Part shown: piece by piece, positions 12,201-24,284 of the stretch | Numbering within the stretch: the stretch's first letter is position 1 | Layout: the number at the start of each line of letters is the position of its first letter | NCBI GenBank assembly: GCA_950097015.1 | Contig: CATNEN010000034.1 | Coordinates: forward strand, 6,386,001-6,450,000 | DNA length: 64,000 nucleotides | Origin: Macrostomum hystrix | Lineage: Eukaryota > Animalia > Platyhelminthes | Reading direction: 5' to 3' | Made by a program: the position numbers and the translations under genes | Notes under the pieces: generated by a model | Seen by the model: only the letters and a program-made list of their open reading frames with translations | What the model was told of the DNA's origin: nothing | Database searches by the model: none

Positions 12201-12996
12201 GTTTATGGAAAAATATCTAATCCGGGTCGCAATATAGAGAGATAAAGAGAGAGAAATATGGCTAAGAAAATTTGAGATAAATATAGATTAGATAAAGACA
12301 GGTGAGATAAGGAGAGCTGAGATTAAGAGAGTTAAGATAATTAGACATGAAATGAATAAAGATGAGATAAATAGAAGGTGAGATAAAGAGAGATAAAGAA
12401 AAGAAGACAGTGACACAATTGACACTGGTGACTGCACTAAGTGTTGTCCCTGCCGAGACTCAGCGGAAGGCAGGAACTTATTAACTACATTATTAACTAA
12501 AAAGCAAGCCAAGAAATTTCCCTCATACCTCATAATCACTGGGACAGGGTGGGTTCCCAACCCTAAGAAATAGAGGGTCGAACGCCTCGGGCTGATGGGA
12601 GAATTTTCGTGAGACAGAAAGGATAAGCAAAGAAAGAAAGAGAATGCAGGCCGATCGATAAATCGCCTGAGTGCGCCCGCCCCTCGCCGTCTCGCCCTTC
12701 TCTCCTCGTTTTCTTTCTCTCTACGATTTATTTTGGCTCGCCTTCAAGCGTACCCTCCGACTGCGCCAGTCTCTCCCTGCCTCATCTCCCCCCTGAGTCA
12801 GATTCCTCACCGCCCAGCCCGTGGCGTCGCCTTTATTTTTACTTCATCCGTGAGCCTGCGGGATGCACGCTTCAAGAAAATAAGAAAGGCACTAGACTAA
12901 GGAGACGAGACTTGTGGAGAAAGACTTTGGGGGAAAATTCTAGGTCATGATCCACACACTCACACACTCTCACACACACTCACACACTCACACACT

Positions 12997-13027
<31 letters not shown>

Positions 13028-15262
13028 ACTCACACACACACTCACACACACTCACACACACACTCACACACTCACACACACTCACACACTCACACACACT
13101 CACACACTCACACACACTCACACACTCACACACACTCACACACTCACACACACTCACACACTCACACACTCACACACTCACACACACTCACACACACACT
13201 CACACACACTCACACACACACACACACTTACACACACTCACACACTCACACACTCACACACACGCACACACTTACACACTCACACACACGCACACACTTA
13301 CACACACACTCACACACACACACACTCACACACTCACACACACACGCACGCACACTCACACACACACTCACACACACACTCACACACACACTCACACACA
13401 CGCACGCACACTCACACACACACTCACACACACGCACGCACACAGGCACTTTTCATGCGACGTGTAAAGAACTTTTCCCCTCAAGCAGTTCGACTCATCC
13501 TCTCACAACTGCTTGGGAATTCTGTCTGTCTTTCCCAGCAGGCGCGGGCAGCTTCTTCCACAACCACCCCCTCCTCCGCTGTTCCCATTAGTATGCCGGG
13601 GACGCTTCAGACTCGATCGCCAGAGGGCCGGGCGGCCATTGGGACGGAGCGCTGCGTCTACTTTCAACGCCTTGGGGGAGAGGATGAAGGCAGCGAATAG
13701 TAGAGAAAGTGAGGTGAGATCAGACAGCGGGGGAGAGGTTCGAATTCATTTTTGTGTCAATCGCGTCCCGAGAAATTGCATCAATTCGTTGATGCAAGTC
13801 GAGAGCAAGATCGTGATTTGATCAGCACCAACTAATCATTCCCTTTAGGCGCGAATGGAATTTTTCTTTATTTTTTTTCCAAGGGAAATCACGAAGGAGC
13901 TTCTTTTATGTGTGGGCTCCTGCCGAATTTTTTTATCTCTGCCGGATTGCGCGAAATTCAATTCAAAAGCGCAATTATGTAGGAGTTAAATATTCGGCAC
14001 TTTTGAGGAGAAAAATTGATTTATTGATTTGTATTCATTCCTTTTGAACACATTAACCAGCCACCTCATTCGATTTTTCTCCTAACCCTGTGTACGCTTG
14101 AGCCCCTCCTCGCGCTATTCACCCACCACCTCATTATCGATTTTTTCCTACCCTGTGTACGCATGAGCCCCTCCGCGTGCTATTCACCCACCACCTCATT
14201 ATAGATTTTTTCCTACCTCTGTGTACGCATGAGCCCCTCCGCGTGCTATTCACCCACCACCTCATTATCGATTTTTTCCTACCTCTGTGTACGCATGAGC
14301 CCCTCCACGTGCTATTCACCCACCACCTCATTATAGATTTTTTCTGCTACCCCTGTGCACGCGTAAGCTGCTCCGAGTACTTTTCATCCATAAGCTCATT
14401 ATCAATTTTTCATCGATGTGACTGATTTATTGATCGCTTACCCCTGCCTGGCGAAGTCCTCCTTGAAGAACAGCCGCCAGAGCTCCCTGGTGCGCACATC
14501 AGATTTGAATAGCTTAGAACCCTCGCCGCGGTCGTTGACACTGTCGTCGTGATTGAGCACTCGACCAAGGACGGCCGCGGTGTCCTTCTCATATAGCAGC
14601 GGGTGCAGCATGTGCGAGTGCCATATGAGGTCCATGTCGTAGCAGGGCACCAGAAATTCGCCAGGGTTGCATTTCTTCAGGAATAGATACTTCTTGTAGC
14701 GAACCAGGGCGCACTTGAGAAACTCGGCATCTCTGTAGTGCGGCAGCGACACCTGATAGAAGAAGGCCCTCTGCCGACCGATGGAGCTGCGAATGTCGAA
14801 TCGACAGGCCGAACGAAACTCCAAGGGCTGTCGGCTGGCCCACTCCAGGTCCAGCTCGAAGTTCACTCCCGGATAGGCCTTGTCCCACAGCTCGCGAGTC
14901 TGAGCCACCAGCTTGGCTGTCATCTTCTCTGCGTGCAGCGTGTTGTCAATGAAGCGACCAGTCAGCCGTACAACATCCTCCTTGTAGGCCAGCGGAGACA
15001 GCAGGTGGCAGTGCAGGGCCCACCTGATATCCAGAGGCGGCACCAGGTCCTTGCCTGGCTCCTTCTGCACTAACGGCAGCCAGTACTTCTCGTATCGATA
15101 GACAGCGTGATCGGCTACGGTCGAGTCAAACAACAACGGCCTGGCGTTGACCGCCTCCAGAAACTCCAGCTGGCGCAAGGCGGCCTCAACTAGATTGACG
15201 CTGACGTGAATGCTGCGCTCCTTGAACTGCTGCGGCTGCTGACTGCTGCCCGGCTTTGACAT
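9208..15262 (-). CDS. DUF1399 / glycine-rich domain-containing protein (GRDP-like), 4 exons, about 826 aa, with a C-terminal Gly-Cys repeat tail
   Basis: Exons are complement(15262-14442, 11302-10504, 10299-9883, 9651-9208), all GT-AG, phases 2/0/0, total 2481 nt (827 codons). DUF1399 motifs: [56 protein letters not shown]. The protein ends SGSCGG...(GGC)n. Confidence 0.9.
9749..9869 (+). mobile_element. 5' fragment of the tRNA-derived SINE in intron 3 of the DUF1399 gene (antisense to the gene)
   Basis: gagtggcagagccgtaaacgcgtttgcc...gctcgattccgcggcgaggccacatttatttgggg...gggccaacctacaaggcacagtg aligns to the SINE head. Confidence 0.8.
10326..10485. repeat. 30-bp minisatellite filling intron 2 of the DUF1399 gene
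   Basis: About 5 copies of TCTAACATTTGAACATGAAATTTAG(G/T)TGTG. Confidence 0.9.
12953..13443. repeat. (CA)n/(CACT)n compound microsatellite
   Basis: Direct inspection. It lies in intron 1 of the DUF1399 gene. Confidence 0.97.
14061..14350. repeat. 65-66-bp tandem repeat, about 4.5 copies
   Basis: ccacctcatt recurs at 14061, 14126, 14191, 14257 and 14323. Confidence 0.9.
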
Positions 15263-15495
15263 GTTCCTGCTTGAAGTGCGCAATAACCTTCCTTTGATAT
15301 GGGTCAGCTTTGAAAACAATTTTCAGAGATTAAATGACTGGTTGCTAAGGTTGGTGTGACTAAGCAGTCTTATATATGCGTCTATTTATAGCCACAACAA
15401 TAACTGCACACTCACTGTCCTCGGTCAAAGCTGTTTCACTGTTTGGGTCTAGTGTGTGTCAGACGTGAGGTGGGGGCCTAGTGGACACCCCATCC

Positions 15496-15826
15496 TGATC
15501 CCATCTCCCCTCTGATCCCATCTCACCTCTGATCCCATCTACTTCTCCCCTCTGATCCCATCTACTTCTCCCCTCTGATCCCATCTACTTCTCCCCTCTG
15601 ATCCCATCTACTTCTCCCCTCTGATCCCATCAAATTCTCCCCTCTGATCCCATCAAATTCTCCCCTCTGATCCCGTCTACTTCTCCCCTCTGATCCCATC
15701 TCACCTCTGATCCCATCTGCTTCTCTCCTCTGATCCCATCTGCTTCTCTCCTCTGATCCCATCTGCTTCTCTCCTCTGATCACATCTACTTCTCCCCTCT
15801 GATCCCATCTACTTCTCCCCTCTGAT
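15496..15826 (+). repeat. 23-bp minisatellite GATCCCATCTACTTCTCCCCTCT (left arm of an inverted array pair)
   Basis: It is the reverse complement of the 16708-19238 array unit. Confidence 0.95.
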
Positions 15827-16707
15827 AGCCGTACCCTGCTGCTCCACAGGGTAAACAGCAAAAAATATTATAATTGCGTTAAATTACTTTAAAAAAATTA
15901 AAAAAAATTGTTCAACTCCACTCACCTCTATTTGAACAAAATCCACCGAATTCGGGCGAAAAACTCAATGGAAAACTTCTCAGAGACTTTCTAAATCGAG
16001 CAGCTTTCTCAGCTGTCAGCACTGGCCCCTCTCTCTAGCGGCCTCATAGTTTATAATACAAAAAACGAAGTGCATGCAGCCGTCATGCAGGGTAAGACCG
16101 GATTCGGGGCCGAGGAATTGAGGGTAGAGAGAAAGGGCGAAACTCTGTACACTCACACTGTACATATTTCGATGCTGAAATCAACAACCCCAACGGCTGT
16201 ACACCCACCCCCAGTGCAAACACTGCCTTCCCCCCTCCTATCCCGTCCCCAGAAGCTGTATTAGTACCTCGTCAGAGACTAAAGGGAAGAGAGTGTCTGC
16301 CTTCCGGTTGGAGATTGAGGCAGGGATTGGGTGGGACAGGGCGCTGGGCAGGCTCCTCCACTGTTATATGGGGAAGAACGAGAGGGGGTTCGCAAGAGAG
16401 GCCAGCAACCAAACGCGGTCTATTTCCCTTAGCAACGATCCTCAATTCCCCATTGACGGTCTTTGCTCTGCCCACAATGCCAGAGAGTAAGGGTTGGGGT
16501 GGATGACAAATGGGAAGCGAGTTGGAAGCGGGGGCGGAGGGACTCCGAGCTGAAATCGTCCGCTGCCAGCAGTTCAGTTCGCCTCTCAATCAGTCATGTG
16601 TACGCTGGTAGGCCCCATGTTTCCTCTAAACTAGCATCAATTGGGGGTTCGGGCATAGGCAAGAGTGCAAATTGAGGTCGAGGGATGGAATATGACCTGG
16701 TTGCTAA

Positions 16708-19238
16708 GTAGATGGGATCAGAGGAGAGAAGCAGATGGGATCAGAGGAGAGAAGCAGATGGGATCAGAGGAGAGAAGCAGATGGGATCAGAGGAGAGAAG
16801 CAGATGTGATCAGAGGAGAGAAGCAGATGGGATCAGAGGAGAGAAGTAGATGGGATCAGAGGAGAGAAGTAGATGGGATCAGAGGAGAGAAGTAGATGGA
16901 ATCAGAGAGGAGAAGTAGATGGGATCAGAGGGGAGAAGTAGATGGGATCAGAGAGGAGAAGTAGATGGGATCAGAGGGGAGAAGCAGATGGGATCAGAGG
17001 AGAGAAGCAGATGGGATCAGAGGAGAGAAGCAGATGGGATCAGAGGAGAGAAGCAGATGGGATCAGAGGAGAGAAGCAGATGGGATCAGAGGAGAGAAGC
17101 AGATGGGATCAGAGGAGAGAAGTAGATGGGATCAGAGGAGAGAAGTAGATGGGATCAGAGGAGAGAAGTAGATGGAATCAGAGAGGAGAAGTAGATGGGA
17201 TCAGAGGGGAGAAGTAGATGGGATCAGAGAGGAGAAGTAGATGGGATCAGAGGGGAGAAGTAGATGGGATCAGAGAGGAGAAGTAGATGGGATCAGAGGG
17301 GAGAAGTTAATGGGATCAGAGCGGAGAAGTAGATGGGATCAGAGAGGAGAAGTAGATGGGATCAGAGAGGAGAAGTAGATGTGATCAGAGAGGAGAAGTA
17401 GATGGGATCAGAGGGGAGAAGTAGATGTGATCAGAGAGGAGAAGTAGAGGGGATCAGAGGGGAGAAGTAGATGGGATCAGAGAGGAGAAGTAGATGGGAT
17501 CAGAGGGGAGAAGTAGATGGGATCAGAGGGGAGAAGTTGACGGGATCAGAGGGGAGAAGTAGATGGGATCAGAGGCGAGAAGTAGATGGGATCAGAGGGG
17601 AGAAGTAGATGGGATCAGAGAGGAGAAGTAGATGGGATCAGAGGGGAGAAGAAGATGGGATCAGAGAGGAGAATTTGATGGGATCAGAGGGGAGAAGTAG
17701 ATGGGATCAGAGAGGAGAAGTAGATGGGATCAGAGGAGAGAAGTAGATGGGATCAGAGGAGAGAAGTAGATGGGATCAGAGGGGAGAAGTAGATGGGATC
17801 AGAGGGGAGAAGTAGATGGGATCAGAGTGGAGAAGTAGATGGGATCAGAGGGGAGAAGTAGATGGGATCAGAGGGGAGAAGTAGATGGGATCAGAGAGGA
17901 GAAGTAGATGGGATCAGAGAGGAGAAGTAGATGGGATCAGAGGGGAGAAGTAGATGGGATCAGAGGGGAGAAGTAGATGGGATCAGAGGGGAGAAGTAGA
18001 TGGGATCAGAGGGGAGAAGTAGATGGGATCAGAGGGGAGAAGTAGATGGGATCAGAGGGAGAAGTAGATGGGATCAGAGCGGAGAAGTAGATGGGATCAG
18101 AGGGGAGAAGTAGATGGGATCAGAGAGGAGAAGTAGATGGGATCAGAGGGGAGAAGTAGATGGGATCAGAGGGAGAAGTAGATGGGATCAGAGAGGAGAA
18201 GTAGATGGGATCAGAGGAGAGAAGTAGATGGGATCAGAGGAGAGAAGTAGATGGGATCAGAGGGGAGAAGTAGATGGGATCAGAGGGGAGAAGTAGATGG
18301 GATCAGAGGGGAGAAGTAGATGGGATCAGAGGGGAGAAGTAGATGGGATCAGAGGGGAGAAGTAGATGGGATCAGAGAGGAGAAGTAGATGGGATCAGAG
18401 AGGAGAAGTAGATGGGATCAGAGAGGAGAAGTAGATGGGATCAGAGGGGAGAAGTAGATGGGATCAGAGGGGAGAAGTAGATGGGATCAGAGGGAGAAGT
18501 AGATGGGATCAGAGGGGAGAAGTAGATGGGATCAGAGGGGAGAAGTTGATGGGATCAGAGCGGAGAAGTAGATGGGATCAGAGGCGAGAAGTAGATGGGA
18601 TCAGAGGGGAGAAGTAGATGGGATCAGAGAGGAGAAGTAGATGGGATCAGAGGGGAGAAGTAGATGGGATCAGAGGGGAGAAGTAGATGGGATCAGAGGG
18701 GAGAAGTAGATGGGATCAGAGCGGAGAAGTAGATGGGATCAGACGGGAGAAGTAGATGGGATCAGAGTGGAGAAGTAGATGGGATCAGAGGGGAGAAGTA
18801 GATGGGATCAGAGGGGAGAAGTTGATGGGATCAGAGCGGAGAAGTAGATGGGATCAGAGGCGAGAAGTAGATGGGATCAGAGGGGAGAAGTAGATGGGAT
18901 CAGAGAGGAGAAGTAGATGTGATCAGAGAGGAGAAGTAGATGTGATCAGAGGGGAGAAGTAGATGGGATCAGAGAGGAGAAGTAGATGGGATCAGAGGAG
19001 AGAAGTAGATGGGATCAGAGGGGAGAAGTAGATGGGATCAGAGAGGAGAAGTAGATGGGATCAGAGGGGAGAAGTAGATGGGATCAGAGCGGAGAAGTAG
19101 ATGGGATCAGAGGAGAGAAGTAGATGGGATCAGAGGAGAGAAGTAGATGTGACCAGAGGAGAGAGGCAGATGGGATCAGAGAGGAGAAGTAGATGGGATC
19201 AGAGGGGAGAAGTAGATGGGATCAGAGGGGAGAAGTAG
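16708..19238 (-). repeat. 23-bp minisatellite GATGGGATCAGAGGGGAGAAGTA (right arm, about 110 copies)
   Basis: Direct inspection. It is inverted relative to 15496-15826. Confidence 0.97.
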
Positions 19239-19697
19239 TTAGGACAGGAATAGCCAAATAATAGAGCTGAATATCTCTTGCTGCACAGTCCAAGATTTCT
19301 ATTTGCCAATAGTTAAGTCGGTCAAGCGACCTTCAGTCTCAGAGAGAGAAAAGGATTTTCATCTCGCATGGACTTCCGAACAGGAATGAGCTTGAGAGCT
19401 CATTACAGTGCAAGAAAATCAGCATATATTTGTGCACCCTCAGAGCTGCGTGGGCGGGCGGGGCCAGAATGGACTATCGAAGGGAGATCTCAGTCAACAC
19501 ATGAGCCGAGACGGAAGGCCATTGTATTGGATGGCTATCGTGTTTCGGATTTATTGTAGCAAAACTAATAATTTACTCGTAGCTTCTGATTCCAGGTCAA
19601 GGGATGCGGGTTATTGTACCTGAGTCAGAGGATTTCTGTTTGGTATCTGAGCCATGCTATCTCAGTCCCGTGGTCTTTGTCCACAAGTAAAGTCTTC

Positions 19698-20157
19698 GGA
19701 TCTGGGTCAGGGGATCTGGGTCAGGGAATCTGGGTCAGGAGATCTGGGTCAGGGGATCTGGGTCAGGAGTTCTGGGTCAGGGTCAGGGGATGTGGGTCAG
19801 GGGATCTGGGTCAGGGGATCTGGGTCAGGGGATCTGGGTCAGGAGATCTGGGTCAGGGGATCTGGGTCTGGGTCAGGGGATCTGGGTCAGGGAATCTGGG
19901 TCAGGGGATCTGGGTCAGGGAATCTGGGTCAGGAGATCTGGGTCAGGAGATCTGGGTCAGGGGATCTGGGTCAGGAGATCTGGGTCAGGAGATCTGGGTC
20001 AGGGGATCTGGTTCAGGGGATCTGGGTCTGGGTCAGGGGATCTGGGTCAGGTGATCTGGGTCAGGGAATCTGGGTCAGGAGATATGGGTCATGGGATCTG
20101 GGTCAGGGGATCTGGGTCAGGGGATCTGGGTCAGGAGATCTGGGTCTGGGTCAGGGG
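19698..20157. repeat. 14-bp G-rich minisatellite GGGGATCTGGGTCA
   Basis: Direct inspection. It explains the repetitive ORFs at 19614-20208. Confidence 0.95.
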
Positions 20158-20732
20158 AATGTATCTTATATGAATAGCCACATGTGTATATATTTCTCGG
20201 CTGAGTAATATTTATTTAAATATACTCATTGACACTACTACTTGTCTGAAGTAAGCTCCTGAGGACTTTTATGCAAGAACTTAAAATGTAACTTAAGAGC
20301 GACAGATAATTTTTTTAAATAGGCTAAATAAAGGAGCCTGTTTGAGTTTCAAGGTTCAATTTGAGGTGCTTTGAGCATATATTATCCCTAAACTATACCG
20401 AGCTTCAAATAAGCAGAATACAAGTAGACCATTTGTTAGTCATTTCAAAGATGAAACAAATGTAATAAAATGTGTTCGATTTTTTTATTTATGAGCAGAG
20501 ATACAAACAAAGTAATTTGCTATGTCAAGAATATCCTAGTAACTCAAAATCGTCAATTTTCTTGAGCTGATTACACTGCCGAATAATCCCCAGAGGAATA
20601 AGTGGGAGATTATTTTTAGTCTTGCTTTGCTTTCCTAGCACTATCAAGGCACTCTGTGCCTTTTGAAAGTACATTTACAAATTGAAAATCAATTTGAACA
20701 CAGAGGACTTGGCTGCGATGCCGAAATAGCAT

Positions 20733-20935
20733 ACCGGTTGTCAGGATAAACACCGGTTGTCAGGATAAAACACCGGTTGTCAGGATAAAACACCGGTTGT
20801 CAGAAGACAACACCGGTTGTCAGGATAAAACACCGGTTGTCAGAAGACAATACCGGTTGTCAGGATAAAACACCGGTTGTCAGAAGACAACACCGGTTGT
20901 CAGGAGAAAACGCCGGTTGTCAGGATGAAACACTG
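20733..20935. repeat. 20-bp minisatellite ACCGGTTGTCAGGATAAAAC, about 10 copies
   Basis: Direct inspection. Confidence 0.95.
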
Positions 20936-21478
20936 GTGTTGAGGATAGGCAGATTGTCAAAAATATCCCATGTCAGTCTATTCCTATATTGTCCGTGTCT
21001 CGTTCTGGTGCCATTCAAATGCCCCCCCCATGTCAGATATTTGATGCATGACCTCTCAACTTTCTTCCTATATGAATCCCTCATGGGATGAATGAGGACT
21101 GGGAAGAAGTTATATGAAGAGCTGCTGAAGACAGTTGCAATATGCAGGATGAACTAGTAGGTTTCATGAACTAGCACGACTTTCAGTGCCACTCAGATCC
21201 CAAAAATCCCAATATAAAGTGCAGGAAAGGATTAAGAGTAAATAGAAAGCAGGCTGTCGGGTTTGCCAAAGAAACCTCCTTTGAGTCGGTCGGAAGTGAG
21301 CAGCGTGGACTTGAGGAGGAAGTTCATTTATTTCCACCAAAGAAATGCGTCAACGTTTTAGGAAACACTTTTGTAAAAAAATACTAGCGTTGACAAAAAT
21401 AGATACAGTTGGGATAGGTGGGCCAATGTCATTTAAAAGGCTAAAACTGACACACTAGGAAATATTGTATCTCCTCGA

Positions 21479-23234
21479 TGTCGATTATAACAGATCTAGT
21501 CATTCTGCAGTGTCGATTATAACAGATCTAGTCATTCTTCACTATCGATTATAAGAGATCTAGTCATTCTTCACTGTCGATTATAAGAGATCTAGTCATT
21601 CTTCACTATGCGATTATAACAGATCTAGTCATTCTTCACTTGTCGATTATAAGAGATCTAGTCATTCTTCACTGTCGATTATAAGAGATCTAGTCATTCT
21701 TCACTGTCGATTATAACAGATCTAGTCATTCTTCACTGTCGATTATAACAGATCTAGTCATTCTTCACTGTCGATTATAACAGATCTAGTCATTCTTCAC
21801 TGTCGATTATAACAGATCTAGTCATTCTGCACTATCGATTATAACAGATCTAGTCATTCTTCACTGTCGATTATAACAGATCTAGTCATTCTTCACTGTC
21901 GATTATACTCGTAACAGATCTAGTCATTCTTCACTGTCGATTATAACAGATCTAGTCATTCTTCACTATCGATTATAACAGATCTAGTCATTCTTCACTG
22001 TCGATTATAACAGATCTAGTCATTCTTCACTGTCGATTATAACAGATCTAGTCATTCTTCACTGTCGATTATAAGAGATCTAGTCATTCTTCACTGTCGA
22101 TTATAACGAGATCTAGTCATTCTTCACTGTCGATTATAACAGATCTAGTCATTCTTCACTGTCGATTATAACAGATCTAGTCATTCTTCACTATCGATTA
22201 TAGAGATCTAGTCATTCTTCACTGTCGATTATAACAGATCTAGTCATTCTTCACTGTCGATTATAAGAGATCTAGTCATTCTTCACTGTCGATTATAAGA
22301 GATCTAGTCATTCTGCACTGTCGATTATAACAGATCTAGTCATTCTTCACTGTCGATTATAACAGATCTAGTCATTCTTTCACTGTCGATTATAACAGAT
22401 CTAGTCATTCTTCACTGTCGATTATAACAGATCTAGTCATTCTTCACTGTCGATTATAACAGATCTAGTCATTCTTCACTATCGATTATAACAGATCTAG
22501 TCATTCTTCACTATCGATTATAACAGATCTAGTCATTCTTCACTGTCGATTATAACAGATCTAGTCATTCTTCACTGTCGATTATAACAGATCTAGTCAT
22601 TCTGCACTGTCGATTATAACAGATCTAGTCATTCTTCACTGTCGATTATAACAGATCTAGTCATTCTTCACTATCGATTATAACAGATCTAGTCATTCTT
22701 CACTATCGATTATAGAGATCTAGTCATTCTTCACTATCGATTATAAGAGATCTAGTCATTCTTCACTGTCGATTATAACAGATCTAGTCATTCTTCACTG
22801 TCGATTTTTACAGATCTAGTCATTCTTCACTGTCGATTATAACAGATCTAGTCATTCTTCACTGTCGATTATAACAGATCTAGTCATTCTTCACTATCGA
22901 TTATAACAGATCTCGTCATTCTTCACTGTCGATTATAACAGATCTAGTCATTCTGCACTGTCGATTATAAGAGATCTAGTCATTCTTCACTGTCGATTAT
23001 AACAGATCTCGTCATTCTTCACTGTCGATTATAACAGATCTAGTCATTCTTCACTATCGATTATAACAGATCTCGTCATTCTTCACTGTCGATTATAACA
23101 GATCTAGTCATTCTTCACTGTCGATTATAGAGATCTAGTCATTCTTCACTGTCGATTATAACAGATCTCGTCATTCTTCACTGTCGATTATAACAGATCT
23201 AGTCATTCTTCACTGTCGATTTTTACAGATCTAG
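21479..23234. repeat. 32-bp minisatellite TGTCGATTATAACAGATCTAGTCATTCTTCAC, about 55 copies
   Basis: Direct inspection. One unit carries a 6-bp CTCGTA insertion at 21908-21913. Confidence 0.97.
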
Positions 23235-24284
23235 GCACTCTTTATTGTCGATGTAGATTGACTTTATTGAGGGCATTTGATTTTAATTTAAATGGAAGCA
23301 GTATTTCATCAGTCACTGGTGCAGCGGTGACAGGACTGTACACTATTGATGCTAGAGTTCAATAATGAATTTCAATGCGGTTAAAATGCGACAAAGATGT
23401 GACATTGTTGTGAAAGCTAGTCCACCTAACTACTCGTATTGCTACTCGCATAACAATAATTTGCACTTAAAAATCTGACGAAAGCACAAGAAGCAACACG
23501 CTTTACCAAGCGCAATAATATAATACCATAAAACTGTACGCTTCCACCGGGCAGTGACAGCCAGGCCGTCTCCGATTGGCTGTGCAGTTTATTGAGTCCC
23601 TAGAACACAGTTCCCACACGATAAAAAGCCATTTCGCGATAAGAAGACTCAAGCAGAAGTGGAAGTTGGGCTTAATTCAGCACTAACAATACAGATATTG
23701 GCAGTGCGCCGATACAGCAGTAGCTGGTGATCACACAAGCCGCACTGTACAGTGAGTAAACATCTGAGTAATCTCTGAATATTTTCCCAGTCGGCAATTT
23801 TGAGCACCGCTTCAAAAACAGAAGATTTAAGTTTACTCTCTCATTGCCCATAGCCGTACTCAGCTACAAGTTTATTCCCAAAATTTGCATAAGGGAGTTG
23901 CTGTCAATTCCGGTTTTGCTTCTAAAAAGTTCCCATTCTCTTATTCACCTGGTCCGACCTATTCTAGGTTCTTCCTGGTTTCTAGATCGCATTGTGTCGT
24001 GTCACGTACTAGTGAGCAAACATTCCGCACTTTAATCGGTTGAGGCAGGTTTGAGCAACTATTTTTGTTTCAGACTTGCAGAAATAAGCTTTCATCCAAA
24101 TTGAACCCAATTGTTCCAATAGTTATTTTCATTGATAAAGCTAAATAGAACAAATTTAGAACAACTGTTCGTTCTCTTTATTTTCAGAGCTTTTAAAATT
24201 GGTTGCCCGGATGTTGTGCGAGTTTTCACGAAGTTTTCAATTCTCGGGAATTCGACATTCTTAAGAGTTGAAAAGGTTCGGGAA

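Noticed and set aside
15338-16708. 12-bp direct repeat CTGGTTGCTAAG at 15338 and 16697 as a possible TSD
   Set aside because: The positions do not bracket the inverted arrays symmetrically and no element ends are evident. It may be chance or a half X-box.
21479-23234. Regular about 32-bp repeats resembling a CRISPR array (also the 30-, 31- and 36-bp arrays)
   Set aside because: Units are head-to-tail with no unique spacers, there are no cas genes, and the context is eukaryotic and intron-rich.
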